From positions 1-16,479 of the forward strand of contig JBBDYC010000008.1 of assembly GCA_040901985.1 (NCBI GenBank): DNA of 16,479 nt. Direction: 5' to 3'. How positions within the stretch are numbered: position 1 is the first letter of the stretch; every line of letters starts with the position of its first letter. The position numbers and the translations under genes are program-made. The notes below the pieces were generated by a model. The model was not told the DNA's origin. It saw only the letters and a program-made list of their open reading frames with translations, and did no database searches. The stretch is from Gemmatimonadaceae bacterium (GTDB lineage Bacteria > Gemmatimonadota > Gemmatimonadetes > Gemmatimonadales > Gemmatimonadaceae). Of this stretch, positions 1 through 8,011 are shown one piece after another.

Positions 1-91
1 ATCGGCAAAGTTGACCGGATCCCCTGCGGCATATCCGTAGAGGTTCATCCCCCCCCGCGAGCCCGATCGGGTCCTCCTGCGTGAACGGCAC
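1..91 (-). pseudogene. Orphan Rhs repeat-associated core remnant, frameshifted and cut by the window edge
   Basis: Minus strand reads (VP)FTQEDPIGLAGG, then one extra G in a G8 run (49-56), then MNLYGYAAGDPVNFAD to base 1. This matches the Rhs core terminus that leads into the DPxG cleavage motif. An in-frame TGA lies at 101-103 and no RYYDP or YD repeats precede it. Confidence 0.85.
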
Positions 92-168
92 CGATTCCAG
101 TCACCAAGCACCTGGCATCACCGTCATACAATACAGGCCAGGCGAACCCACCGCCGTAGTACTCCCCC

Positions 169-182
169 GAACCAGCTGGTTC
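169..182. repeat. Perfect 14-bp palindrome GAACCAGCTGGTTC
   Basis: Read directly; 2 nt beyond the activator stop codon (185-187). No loop and no U-tract, so not a classical terminator. Confidence 0.6.
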
Positions 183-184
183 AG

Positions 185-1180
185 CTACGCGTCCGGAGGA
201 ATCCGCTTCTTCCGTCTGTAAAGCGTCGAGCGATGGATCCCGAGCCTGCGCGCCGCCTCGATATTGGTTTCTCCGCCTGCCCGTGGCGCCCGCGCCAGCG
301 GGGAACCACTTCCGCTGAGGTCCGTCCGCACTGCGGGGACAACGCGATCCCGCTCTGTGAAGTAGTGGTCCGGCGTGAACTCTGAAAGGTCATGATATAG
401 GAGCACAAGCCGCGAAGTGAATGAAGTCATCTCCCGGATATTCCCTGGCCACGGGTCCTCGATGATTAGTCGCAGCAGCTCGGGATGCACCGTCGGTGTT
501 TTCTGCAGTACTGCCTTCTTTTGCATTCGATGCTCGAGAAGCCAAGCGAAGATGCCGGGGATGTCCTCGCGACGCTCGCGAAGCGCGGGCAAGCGTACCG
601 ACAAAGCGATCAATCGCTGGTAGAGATCGGGAAGGAACTCGCCCCGCTCAACCAGCGTCGCCAGCGGGACGTTGCTGGCGGAGATGAAGCGACAATTCAC
701 GTTCCTGTAGAGGTCGGTGCCGAGTGGCAGTATCCGGTGATCCTCGACTAGCTCCAGGAGCAGGGGTAGGATCTTTGGCGACGTCTTGCCGATCTCGTCG
801 AGGAAGAACGTCCCGCCCTCGGCCTGAACGCAGAGACCGGGCCGGTCGTGCGTTGCACCGGTGAATGCGCCCCGCCGGTGTCCGAAGAGACTGCTATGAA
901 CGAGCTCGTCCGGCAGGCCGCTGACGGCGACGGCAGCCAGCGGCCCGTTCCTTCGGGGTGACACGCTGTGAAGGTATCGAGCAAACGCTGATTTGCCTGT
1001 CCCTGACTCGCCTTCTACTAGCATCGCGTCGTCGTCGTCGGCGAACGCGCGCGCACGATCAAGTCGGCGCTGCATTTCGCGATTAGAAGTCTTGAGCAGC
1101 AAGGCCGAAAGCCCTTCGCGAGGGCGGGCTGCGCCCCTGCTATAGCCACCGCCCGATGACGGATTCAGCTCGTGCGGCAT
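185..1180 (-). CDS. Sigma-54-interacting AAA+ transcriptional activator (bEBP) with Fis-type HTH and no N-terminal sensor domain
   Basis: Walker A GESGTGKS, GAFTGA loop, Walker B FFLDEIG, LPALRERREDI, WPGNIRE, C-terminal HTH AARRLGIHRSTLYRR; 331 aa. Confidence 0.93.
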   Translation of the reverse strand: MPHELNPSSGGGYSRGAARPREGLSALLLKTSNREMQRRLDRARAFADDDDAMLVEGESGTGKSAFARYLHSVSPRRNGPLAAVAVSGLPDELVHSSLFGHRRGAFTGATHDRPGLCVQAEGGTFFLDEIGKTSPKILPLLLELVEDHRILPLGTDLYRNVNCRFISASNVPLATLVERGEFLPDLYQRLIALSVRLPALRERREDIPGIFAWLLEHRMQKKAVLQKTPTVHPELLRLIIEDPWPGNIREMTSFTSRLVLLYHDLSEFTPDHYFTERDRVVPAVRTDLSGSGSPLARAPRAGGETNIEAARRLGIHRSTLYRRKKRIPPDA

Positions 1181-1182
1181 CG

Positions 1183-1266
1183 CAGATTGGCTCAGTCCGT
1201 AGAGGCCTGTTACGCGTCGATAAATGACATAAACTGCGTAAATAATTATAATCTGAGCCGAATCTG
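1183..1266. repeat. Imperfect inverted repeat pair flanking an AT-rich segment
   Basis: CAGATTGGCTCAG (1183-1195) is the reverse complement of CTGAGCC(G)AATCTG (1253-1266) apart from one inserted G. Confidence 0.6.
1224..1252 (+). promoter_or_regulatory. Near-consensus sigma-70-type promoter
   Basis: ATGACA (1224-1229), 17-bp spacer, TATAAT (1247-1252). ATTATAAT is palindromic, so a minus-strand TATAAT also exists (1245-1250), but without a good -35. Confidence 0.55.
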
Positions 1267-1334
1267 TCCTGCCTGAACTACTCTCGCAAGACCCGGATAT
1301 GCCAAGCGTCTGGGCTCTACACGGGAATCCGCGT

Positions 1335-4300
1335 TCAGCGAGGAGATGAAGCGGGAGCCGAGCCGGCGTTCATCGCCTGCTCAGCCGCTGTCACGTGCGC
1401 GCCAAGCAGTTGCGATCGCATATCAGTCGCATCGCGCCCGGAGGCGTTCACCAGCCGCGCATAGAGCGTTCGCGCTCCCTGCACATCGCCTGATCGCAAG
1501 TGTGAAAGCACCGCGGCGTCGAAGAAGAGCCCAATCGGGAGCCACGCCCGCCCCTCGTTGCGCGCCTTCAGCAGCAGGTCGGTCTCGCGCGCCGCACCAC
1601 GCCAGTCGTACGTCACGGCGGCGCGCAGAAAACGCAGCGCCGCCCGTGCATCGTTCGGCGCGCGTTGCGCTTCCATATACCGCTCCACCCCGCGGTACCA
1701 CGCGCTGTCGGCAACGCCGATCGTCCCCTGATGCCGGTCGCGTTCGACCTGGACGACCTCGGCGAACCAAAGCGGCCAGTCCACCGGCGGACGCCCGCTC
1801 GCCAGCTCGAGCCGGAGTCGCTGGTCGCGGAGCCGTGCGCTCTGCAACCGGCGGCTTTCACTCGCGGTGTCGGTGAGCGCAACCACTTCGCCCGCGCGCA
1901 GGCGCGCCCCGACCGCCTGTGCGGTGAATCGGTTGTGGCTGAGCGCCGGCCGGGCGCTGCCAATCCAGCCGATCCGCCGTTCGCCGAGCGCGGCGGCCAG
2001 GTCGAAGCGCTCGATCGGCAGCATCGAAAAGCCGTGGGCCTCGCCGCGCAGGAAGCGCGCGCGCTCGGCGCCGAGGTCGAGGTGCGGGTAGAAGTCCGAG
2101 TTCACCTCGCCGCTGTCGCCGAGCAGCGGCTCGAGCTCGGCGCGCGTGACGAGCCGCGTGGCGTCGAGCACGGTGGCCGAGAGCGGACGGAACCGCTCGA
2201 GGTCGCGCGCCACGTCCGGCAGCGCCAGCACCGACCAATCCGGCCGCGGCAGGCGCTCGGCGTTGGACGCGACAATCAGTAGGTCCAGGTCGTTGGTGAG
2301 GAAGAGCTCGAACGACCGGAAGTTGCGCGCCAGCGCGCGCACCACGCCCAGCACGAGCCGATCTTCACTCTCATAGAGGTGGATCCACTGGCCGAAGACA
2401 CCGCCGGGCGTGAGATGTCGGGCGACCCGCGCGTAGAACTCGTCGGTGAAGAGCGCCGAGACGCCGCTCACCCACGGGTTTGACGGTTCGGAGAGGACGA
2501 GGTCGTAGCGCCGGCCGCCGGCGGCGAAGTGCGACTTGGCGTCGTCCACCACGAACGTTGAGCGCGGGTCGTCAAAGACGCGCACATTGGCCGGCATCAG
2601 GACGCGCGAGGCCTCGATCATCTCCGGCTCGATGTCAATCGTCTCGAGCCATTCCAGCGTCTCGCTGCCGAGCAGGAAGTGCGACGACATCCCCGAGCCG
2701 TGACCGATCACCGCGGCGTCGCGCGCCGCCGGCGCGTGGGCGAGCGTGATCAGCGCCAGGAGCACCTGGGTGGACTCGTCGCTCCGCAGCGCCTCGCGGG
2801 CGCCCTCGGGCGGCACTGCGTCGTACCAGATGCGGGTGACCGAGGCGTCGGGCTTGCCGTTGGTCGCGATGGTGAAGCCGCTGTCGCTGCCGAACTGGAC
2901 GCTTACCGTCGCGGTGCGCCCGTCGCGATAGTGGACGATTGTCCGCGCGCCGCGCGCCGGCACGGTGCCGTAGCGGAAGACGCCGCTGACGAGGATCCCC
3001 GGATCGAACGCCGGAGAGATCACCGCGCCGAGCACGACGAGGGCGCCGGCCGCCGCGGCGAGGCCGGTGGTGCGGCCGATCGCCGGCACGTCACGCGCGC
3101 GCAGGACGAGGATCGCGACGCCAATCGCGATGTCGAGCGCGCCGCCGATGATCAGCATCGCCCGCAGCCCGACCGCCGGCATCAGGACGAGCGCAGCGAG
3201 CGTGACGCCGACAATCGCGCCGAGCGTGTTCCACGCGTACACCGCCCCGATCGCGCGCTCGCCGTTGCCGGCGCCGAGCAACACCCGGGTGATCAACGGC
3301 AGCGTCATTCCCGCGCAGATCGTCGGCGGCAGCATCACCGCGAGCGCGATTCCATAGCGCGCGAGGCTGAAGAGCCGATACCCGCGGTCGTTCTCCTCCA
3401 CGGCGTCGAGGAGCGCCGCCATCCAGTGGAAGGCGTCCAGGTACACGGCGAGCGTCAGGATCGCGAGCATCCCCATCGCCAGTTGCACGATCCCAAGCAG
3501 GCGCACGGGGTCGTCCACCCGGTCGGCGTATCGCCCGATCCACCAGGCGCCGATCGCGAGGCCGAGGATGAAGGCGGAAAGCATCAGCTCGAACGAGTGC
3601 GTCGCGCTCCCGAGCACGAGCGAGAGCATCCGGATCCAGGCAATCTCATAGATGAACGACGCCACCGCGGTGCCGAAGCCGACGGCGAGGAGGAGTCGCC
3701 AGTGCGCGGCCGCGTATGCCGTGCCGGAGTCGGGGAGGGGCGCGGACGCACCCGGCAGCGCGGCGCCGTCCTGGAGATCCTCCTCCACGTCGTCCCGCTC
3801 CATTCGTACGAGGCCGAAGGTCGCCAGCGCGACGAACAGGTTGAGTGTCGCCGCCACGAGGAGCGTTCCCGGGAGCCCAACGAGCCTGATCAGCCAGAAG
3901 CCGGCGACGAGCACGCCGGCTGCGGCGCCGAGCGAGTTGGCGAAGTAGAGCAACCCGAGCGTCCGGCCGCTGGCGGCGCACTGCGCGTCGGCGTCGCCGA
4001 GGCGGCGGAGCACACCGGCGGCGAGGAGCGGGAACGTCGCGCCGAGGAGGACCGAGGGCGGGAGGATCAGAAGCGCGGCGAGCGACCATTTGGCAACGAG
4101 CAGCAGCGTGCCGCCGGCGAGCGCCGGAAAGAGCGTGTCGTACGCGAACGCGCTCGCCACGCCGAAGATGGCGTGGAACGCGAGGCCGAAGAGGCCGACG
4201 AGCGCCTCCACGCCGGCGTACCAGAGCAGTGGCTCGCGCACCCGGCGCGACAGGCGCGCGGTCAGCGCCGCCCCGGCGGACATCCCGCCGAGGAAGATGA

Positions 4301-4427
4301 CAAGGACGATGACCTGGGCGTAGGCGCTGTGGCCGACGAGGAGTCCGAGATAGCGACTCCAGATGGACTCGTAGATGAGTCCGGCCGCCCCGGAGAGGAC
4401 GAAGAGAAAGGCGAGCGCGAGGGTCAC
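1335..4427 (-). CDS. Fused MFS-like membrane domain / spermidine synthase-like (SAM-binding fold) protein with C-terminal helical extension
   Basis: Multi-TM N-terminal half with an internal duplication (LIYESIWSRYLGLLVGHS vs FIYEIAWIRMLSLVLGSA). Class I methyltransferase-type motifs VIGHGSGMS, IDIEPEM, VDDAK, YDLVLSEPSNPW, LFTDEFY, LTPGGVFGQW. GTG start; 1030 aa. Confidence 0.9.
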   Translation of the reverse strand: MTLALAFLFVLSGAAGLIYESIWSRYLGLLVGHSAYAQVIVLVIFLGGMSAGAALTARLSRRVREPLLWYAGVEALVGLFGLAFHAIFGVASAFAYDTLFPALAGGTLLLVAKWSLAALLILPPSVLLGATFPLLAAGVLRRLGDADAQCAASGRTLGLLYFANSLGAAAGVLVAGFWLIRLVGLPGTLLVAATLNLFVALATFGLVRMERDDVEEDLQDGAALPGASAPLPDSGTAYAAAHWRLLLAVGFGTAVASFIYEIAWIRMLSLVLGSATHSFELMLSAFILGLAIGAWWIGRYADRVDDPVRLLGIVQLAMGMLAILTLAVYLDAFHWMAALLDAVEENDRGYRLFSLARYGIALAVMLPPTICAGMTLPLITRVLLGAGNGERAIGAVYAWNTLGAIVGVTLAALVLMPAVGLRAMLIIGGALDIAIGVAILVLRARDVPAIGRTTGLAAAAGALVVLGAVISPAFDPGILVSGVFRYGTVPARGARTIVHYRDGRTATVSVQFGSDSGFTIATNGKPDASVTRIWYDAVPPEGAREALRSDESTQVLLALITLAHAPAARDAAVIGHGSGMSSHFLLGSETLEWLETIDIEPEMIEASRVLMPANVRVFDDPRSTFVVDDAKSHFAAGGRRYDLVLSEPSNPWVSGVSALFTDEFYARVARHLTPGGVFGQWIHLYESEDRLVLGVVRALARNFRSFELFLTNDLDLLIVASNAERLPRPDWSVLALPDVARDLERFRPLSATVLDATRLVTRAELEPLLGDSGEVNSDFYPHLDLGAERARFLRGEAHGFSMLPIERFDLAAALGERRIGWIGSARPALSHNRFTAQAVGARLRAGEVVALTDTASESRRLQSARLRDQRLRLELASGRPPVDWPLWFAEVVQVERDRHQGTIGVADSAWYRGVERYMEAQRAPNDARAALRFLRAAVTYDWRGAARETDLLLKARNEGRAWLPIGLFFDAAVLSHLRSGDVQGARTLYARLVNASGRDATDMRSQLLGAHVTAAEQAMNAGSAPASSPR

Positions 4428-4451
4428 CGGCGCGAATCTACTCCCACCGCG

Positions 4452-5249
4452 CTACGGGCGCGCGTTCTCCTCGACGAAGCGCTTGGTCCAATAGATGATC
4501 AGCGCGCAGGGCTCTGGCCGGTCGCCCGGCCAGGAGAGCCGCTTGTAGATCGCCGGCACCTTCTCGTAGACGTCGTAGTGCTCGATCGCATAGATCTCCT
4601 CGGGCCGGATCTCCTCCTCGAGCGCCGTCCGCTCGCGGCCGTTGTAGGCGACGTTCAGGCACCGCCATCCGGTCGTCGAGATCACCGTCCAGTCGAGTTC
4701 GCGGCGCGGGTTGGTGAACTGCACGCGGCGGAACCCCTGCAGTCCGTCGAACATATCGGCCCAATACCGGGCGCGAAGCGCGCGCAGCTCGTTGGGGCCG
4801 CGGAACTGTCCGACCCCCGCGCGCGCCCGGCACTCGAAACCCTCGATACTGTAGCCGGCACAGCCATCGTGCGACGTGATGCGCAGCGTATCAATCAACT
4901 GGATCACGCGGCCGAGCTGGAACGAAAGCTCGGCCGCGCCGTCGTCGCCGATCGTCACCGCCCGCTCGGCGGGGCGGTAGCCCGGCGTGCGCGCCATCAC
5001 CACCGACTGTCCCCACGGCAGCCGCGTCAGGGTGTACCGCCCCTGCGCATCGGTCCGGGTCGAGCGATCGGTGCGGATTGCGAACACCTCCACGCCACGC
5101 AGCGGCCGGCCGGCGGTATCGGGCACGACCCCGCGGCGCACGCCCTGCGGCGCGTCGGCGCGCGCCGACGGGATTGCCAGCGCGAGGAGCGCCAGGGCGA
5201 TCGCAAGCGCGACGGGCGCAAGGCGGGGAGCAGGGCGGCGAGTGGGCAT
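4452..5249 (-). CDS. Secreted carboxypeptidase-regulatory-like domain protein with a C-terminal TonB-plug-like segment and no barrel
   Basis: Start reassigned to ATG 5249 (265 aa). Signal peptide, then GVVPDTAGRPLRGVEV..TRTDAQGRYTLTRLPWG..ARTPGYRP. C-terminus EEIYAIEHY...CALIIYWTK. Confidence 0.75.
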   Translation of the reverse strand: MPTRRPAPRLAPVALAIALALLALAIPSARADAPQGVRRGVVPDTAGRPLRGVEVFAIRTDRSTRTDAQGRYTLTRLPWGQSVVMARTPGYRPAERAVTIGDDGAAELSFQLGRVIQLIDTLRITSHDGCAGYSIEGFECRARAGVGQFRGPNELRALRARYWADMFDGLQGFRRVQFTNPRRELDWTVISTTGWRCLNVAYNGRERTALEEEIRPEEIYAIEHYDVYEKVPAIYKRLSWPGDRPEPCALIIYWTKRFVEENARP

Positions 5250-5293
5250 CAGGATGCAATTTACCGCGCGCACACCGCCAAAGTGCCGCCCGC

Positions 5294-5881
5294 TCAGGGG
5301 TCCGTCGCGCCCCACGGTGCCGGCGGCGCCTCCACCGGGCGCGTCAGGTCGAACTCCACCCGGAACCGCCGTCCGGTGCTTTCGCGTCGGAGCTGATAGA
5401 CGTACTGAGTTGGCGTGATCTCCACGGTCCAGATGTTCGTGGCCGCGGCCGGCAGGAGCGCGGCGGTGAACGAGTCGGCGGGGAACTCCATCCGGCTCGC
5501 CGTCCCGTCGGCACGCGAATCGCCGCCGTACTGCGTGACCGCGTCCTCGCTCCCGTCCTCGTGGCGATGGTCGTGCTTCAGCCGCACGCCGCCCTCGGTG
5601 CGCGTGAGCACCCAGGTGCGCGAGTGGTCGTCGCCCACGTGGAAGGGAATGCGCACCTCGGCACCGCACCCGCGCACGTGCATCACCAGGGTCTGGCCGG
5701 CAAAGGCGGTGTCGGCGGGCTGCGGATCAATGATCTGTCCGGCGTAGGCCTTGCCGCAGTGTGCACGGAGGGCGTCGAGGAATGCATCCGGTGCCGCCAC
5801 TTCCCGTGGCGCGCAGGCGGCCGTGGCGAGGAGCGCGAGCGCAATGGCGAGCGCCGGCGCGACGATCGGTGATCGGGTCAT
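5294..5881 (-). CDS. Hypothetical exported protein, probable lipoprotein, with KHDHRHEDG motif
   Basis: ATG at 5881 overlaps the abgT stop (ATGA). Signal peptide ends LLATAAC. Motifs IPFHVGDDHSRTW, LKHDHRHEDG, TQYGG and a PPAPWG tail; 195 aa. Confidence 0.8.
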   Translation of the reverse strand: MTRSPIVAPALAIALALLATAACAPREVAAPDAFLDALRAHCGKAYAGQIIDPQPADTAFAGQTLVMHVRGCGAEVRIPFHVGDDHSRTWVLTRTEGGVRLKHDHRHEDGSEDAVTQYGGDSRADGTASRMEFPADSFTAALLPAAATNIWTVEITPTQYVYQLRRESTGRRFRVEFDLTRPVEAPPAPWGATDP

Positions 5882-7419
5882 GGCACGGGGTAGATGAGGG
5901 GAGCTCCGGGACCCAGCGGTACCCCGGAGAGGAGCCAGAGGGCGAAGAACGCGCTCCAGATGAGCATCAGCGCGATCGAGTACGGCAGCATCATCGCGAC
6001 GACGGTGCCGATCCCGGCGTCCTTCTGGTACTTCTGCGCAAAGGCGATGATCAGCGGGAAGTACTGCATCAGCGGGGCGATGATATTCGTCGTCGAGTCG
6101 CCGATGCGATACGCGCCCTGCGTCACCTCGGGGGCGAACCCCATCAGCATCAGCATCGGCACGAAGACCGGCGCCATTACCGCCCACTTGGCCGACGCCG
6201 AGCCCATGAAGAGGTTGATGAACGCGGAAACGACGATGAACGCGAGGAGGAGTGGGATGCCGGTGAATCCGACCGCCTTCAAGCCGTCGGCGCCCTGGAT
6301 GGCGAGGATGAGGCCGAGGTTGGACCAGTTGAAGTAGGCGACGAACTGCGCGGCGGCGAACGCAAGGACGATGTAGCTGCCGAGCACCGCCACGCTCTCC
6401 GACGACATCGCTGCGACGTCGCGGTCGGAGCGGATGGAGCCGGTGGTGCGGCCGTAGACGATCCCCATCACGAGGAAGAGGAGCATCAGGATCATCACGA
6501 GGCTGTCGAAGAACGGGCGCAGCTGGATGATGACGCGCTCCGCTGCCGCCTCGGGATTGCGGAGAACGGCGTGTTCCGGCACGGTGAGGGCGAGCATCAC
6601 GCCGATGCCGGCGAGCAGCACGAGGCCGGCGTTGCGAAGGCCGCGGCGCTCGGCGTCGGTGAGCGGATGCATCTCGTCGCCGGCGGCGACCGGGCCGCCC
6701 GGTGGGGGCCCGAGCCGCGGCTCGACGATCCGCGTCGTCACGATCGCCCCGACGACCGTGACGAGGAAGGTCGAGGCGATCATGAAGAAGTAGTTGCCCG
6801 TCACCTGCGCGTTGTAGGCGGGGTCCACCAGCTGCGCCGCCTGCGTGGTGAGGCCGGCGAGGAGAGGGTCGAGCGACGTGATGAGAAGGTTGGCGCTGAA
6901 CCCGCCCGAGACGCCGGCGAGTGCGGCGGCGAGTCCCGCCAGCGGATGCCGCCCGACGGCCTGGAAGAGCACCGCGCCGAGCGGGACCAGCACCACATAG
7001 CCGGCGTCCACCGCCATCGAACTCATCACGCCGGCAAAGACGACCGTCGCGGTCAGCAGCGACGGCGGGACCACGAGGAGGAGCCGCCGCAGCGCGGCGG
7101 TGATCAGCCCGCTGCGCTCCGTCACGCCGATCCCGATCACCACGACTATCACCAGGCCGAGCGGCGCGAAGCCGGTGAAGTTGCGGACGCCCTCGGTGAG
7201 CATCCGCCGCACGCCCTCGGCGGTCGCGAGGTCCACCGGCGTCACCGCCGCACCGGTGCCGGGATGAATGGCGCTCACCCCGAGCCGCGCGGTGAGCCAG
7301 GACAACGCCACCACGGTCAGCGCGAGGATCGCGAAGATCGTGATCGGGTCGGGGAGCTTGTTGCCGGCGCGTTCGACGCGGTCGAGCGAGCGGAGCAGCC
7401 AACTGCGGTGGGCAGTCAC
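5878..7419 (-). CDS. abgT: AbgT family transporter (p-aminobenzoyl-glutamate transporter / YdaH-MtrF type)
   Basis: ERAGNKLPDP, NFTGFAPLG, GRHPLAGLAAALAGVSGGFSAN, SASAKWAVMAPVFVPM, AYRIGDSTTNII. AGGAG RBS before the GTG; 513 aa. Confidence 0.95.
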   Translation of the reverse strand: MTAHRSWLLRSLDRVERAGNKLPDPITIFAILALTVVALSWLTARLGVSAIHPGTGAAVTPVDLATAEGVRRMLTEGVRNFTGFAPLGLVIVVVIGIGVTERSGLITAALRRLLLVVPPSLLTATVVFAGVMSSMAVDAGYVVLVPLGAVLFQAVGRHPLAGLAAALAGVSGGFSANLLITSLDPLLAGLTTQAAQLVDPAYNAQVTGNYFFMIASTFLVTVVGAIVTTRIVEPRLGPPPGGPVAAGDEMHPLTDAERRGLRNAGLVLLAGIGVMLALTVPEHAVLRNPEAAAERVIIQLRPFFDSLVMILMLLFLVMGIVYGRTTGSIRSDRDVAAMSSESVAVLGSYIVLAFAAAQFVAYFNWSNLGLILAIQGADGLKAVGFTGIPLLLAFIVVSAFINLFMGSASAKWAVMAPVFVPMLMLMGFAPEVTQGAYRIGDSTTNIIAPLMQYFPLIIAFAQKYQKDAGIGTVVAMMLPYSIALMLIWSAFFALWLLSGVPLGPGAPLIYPVP

Positions 7420-7471
7420 GCGCGGATCTCCTGTGGATGGACCGGAGGACCCGCGAAGATACGCCCCGGTG

Positions 7472-8011
7472 CTAGCGGCGCGCGAGCCTTTCCACGAAGA
7501 CCTTCCGCGCCTTTGACACCTTTGGCGCGACGACCACGGCGCAATACGGGTTCTGGGGATTCCGCGCGAAATAGTTGTCGTGCGCGCGCTCGGCAGGCCA
7601 GAACTTCTCCAGCGGCACGACCTCGGTGACGATCGGGTCGTCCCAGTGCGCCTGTGCGGCGGCCAGTCGCTCCGCGGCAGTCCGGGCCTGCTCGTCCGAG
7701 TGCGTGAAGATCACCGAGCGGTACTGCGGCCCCACGTCGTTCCCCTGACGGTCCTTGGTGGTCGGGTCGTGGATCGTGAAGAGCACGTCGAGCAGGTCGC
7801 CATAGCCGATCTCGGCCGGGTCAAAGCTGATCTGCACCACCTCGGCGTGACCGGTCTTCTTTCCGCAGACCTGCTCGTACGTCGGGTTGGCGACGTGGCC
7901 GCCGGCGTAGCCGCTCTTCACGCCCGTCACGCCGCGCAGCTCGAGGTACACCGCCTCGAGACACCAGAAGCACCCGCCGCCGAGCGTGGCGAGTTCGGTG
8001 CCGCCGCTCAC
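7472..8011 (-). CDS. msrA: Peptide-methionine (S)-S-oxide reductase MsrA
   Basis: GGGCFWC active site, [33 protein letters not shown]-terminal NPYC. GTG overlaps the msrB stop (GTGA). Confidence 0.97.
   Translation of the reverse strand: MSGGTELATLGGGCFWCLEAVYLELRGVTGVKSGYAGGHVANPTYEQVCGKKTGHAEVVQISFDPAEIGYGDLLDVLFTIHDPTTKDRQGNDVGPQYRSVIFTHSDEQARTAAERLAAAQAHWDDPIVTEVVPLEKFWPAERAHDNYFARNPQNPYCAVVVAPKVSKARKVFVERLARR

Noticed and set aside
1286..1304. Sigma-54-like promoter TGGCA...TTGC on the minus strand upstream of the activator
   Set aside because: GG-to-GC spacing is 14 nt rather than the required 10.
2679..5396. 905-aa plus-strand ORF, and similar long ORFs at 5761-7629, 8881-10773, 11577-13223 and 13826-14968
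   Set aside because: Antisense shadows of well-supported genes in high-GC DNA, with biased composition and no recognisable motifs.
5181..5854. Identical ALAIALALLA in the signal peptides of two adjacent genes
   Set aside because: Low-complexity Ala/Leu h-region with differing synonymous codons; convergence is sufficient.
5882..7402. N-terminal ~500 aa of the 702-aa ORF 5294-7402
   Set aside because: Out-of-frame overlap with abgT; the signal peptide and ATGA coupling place the real start at 5881.
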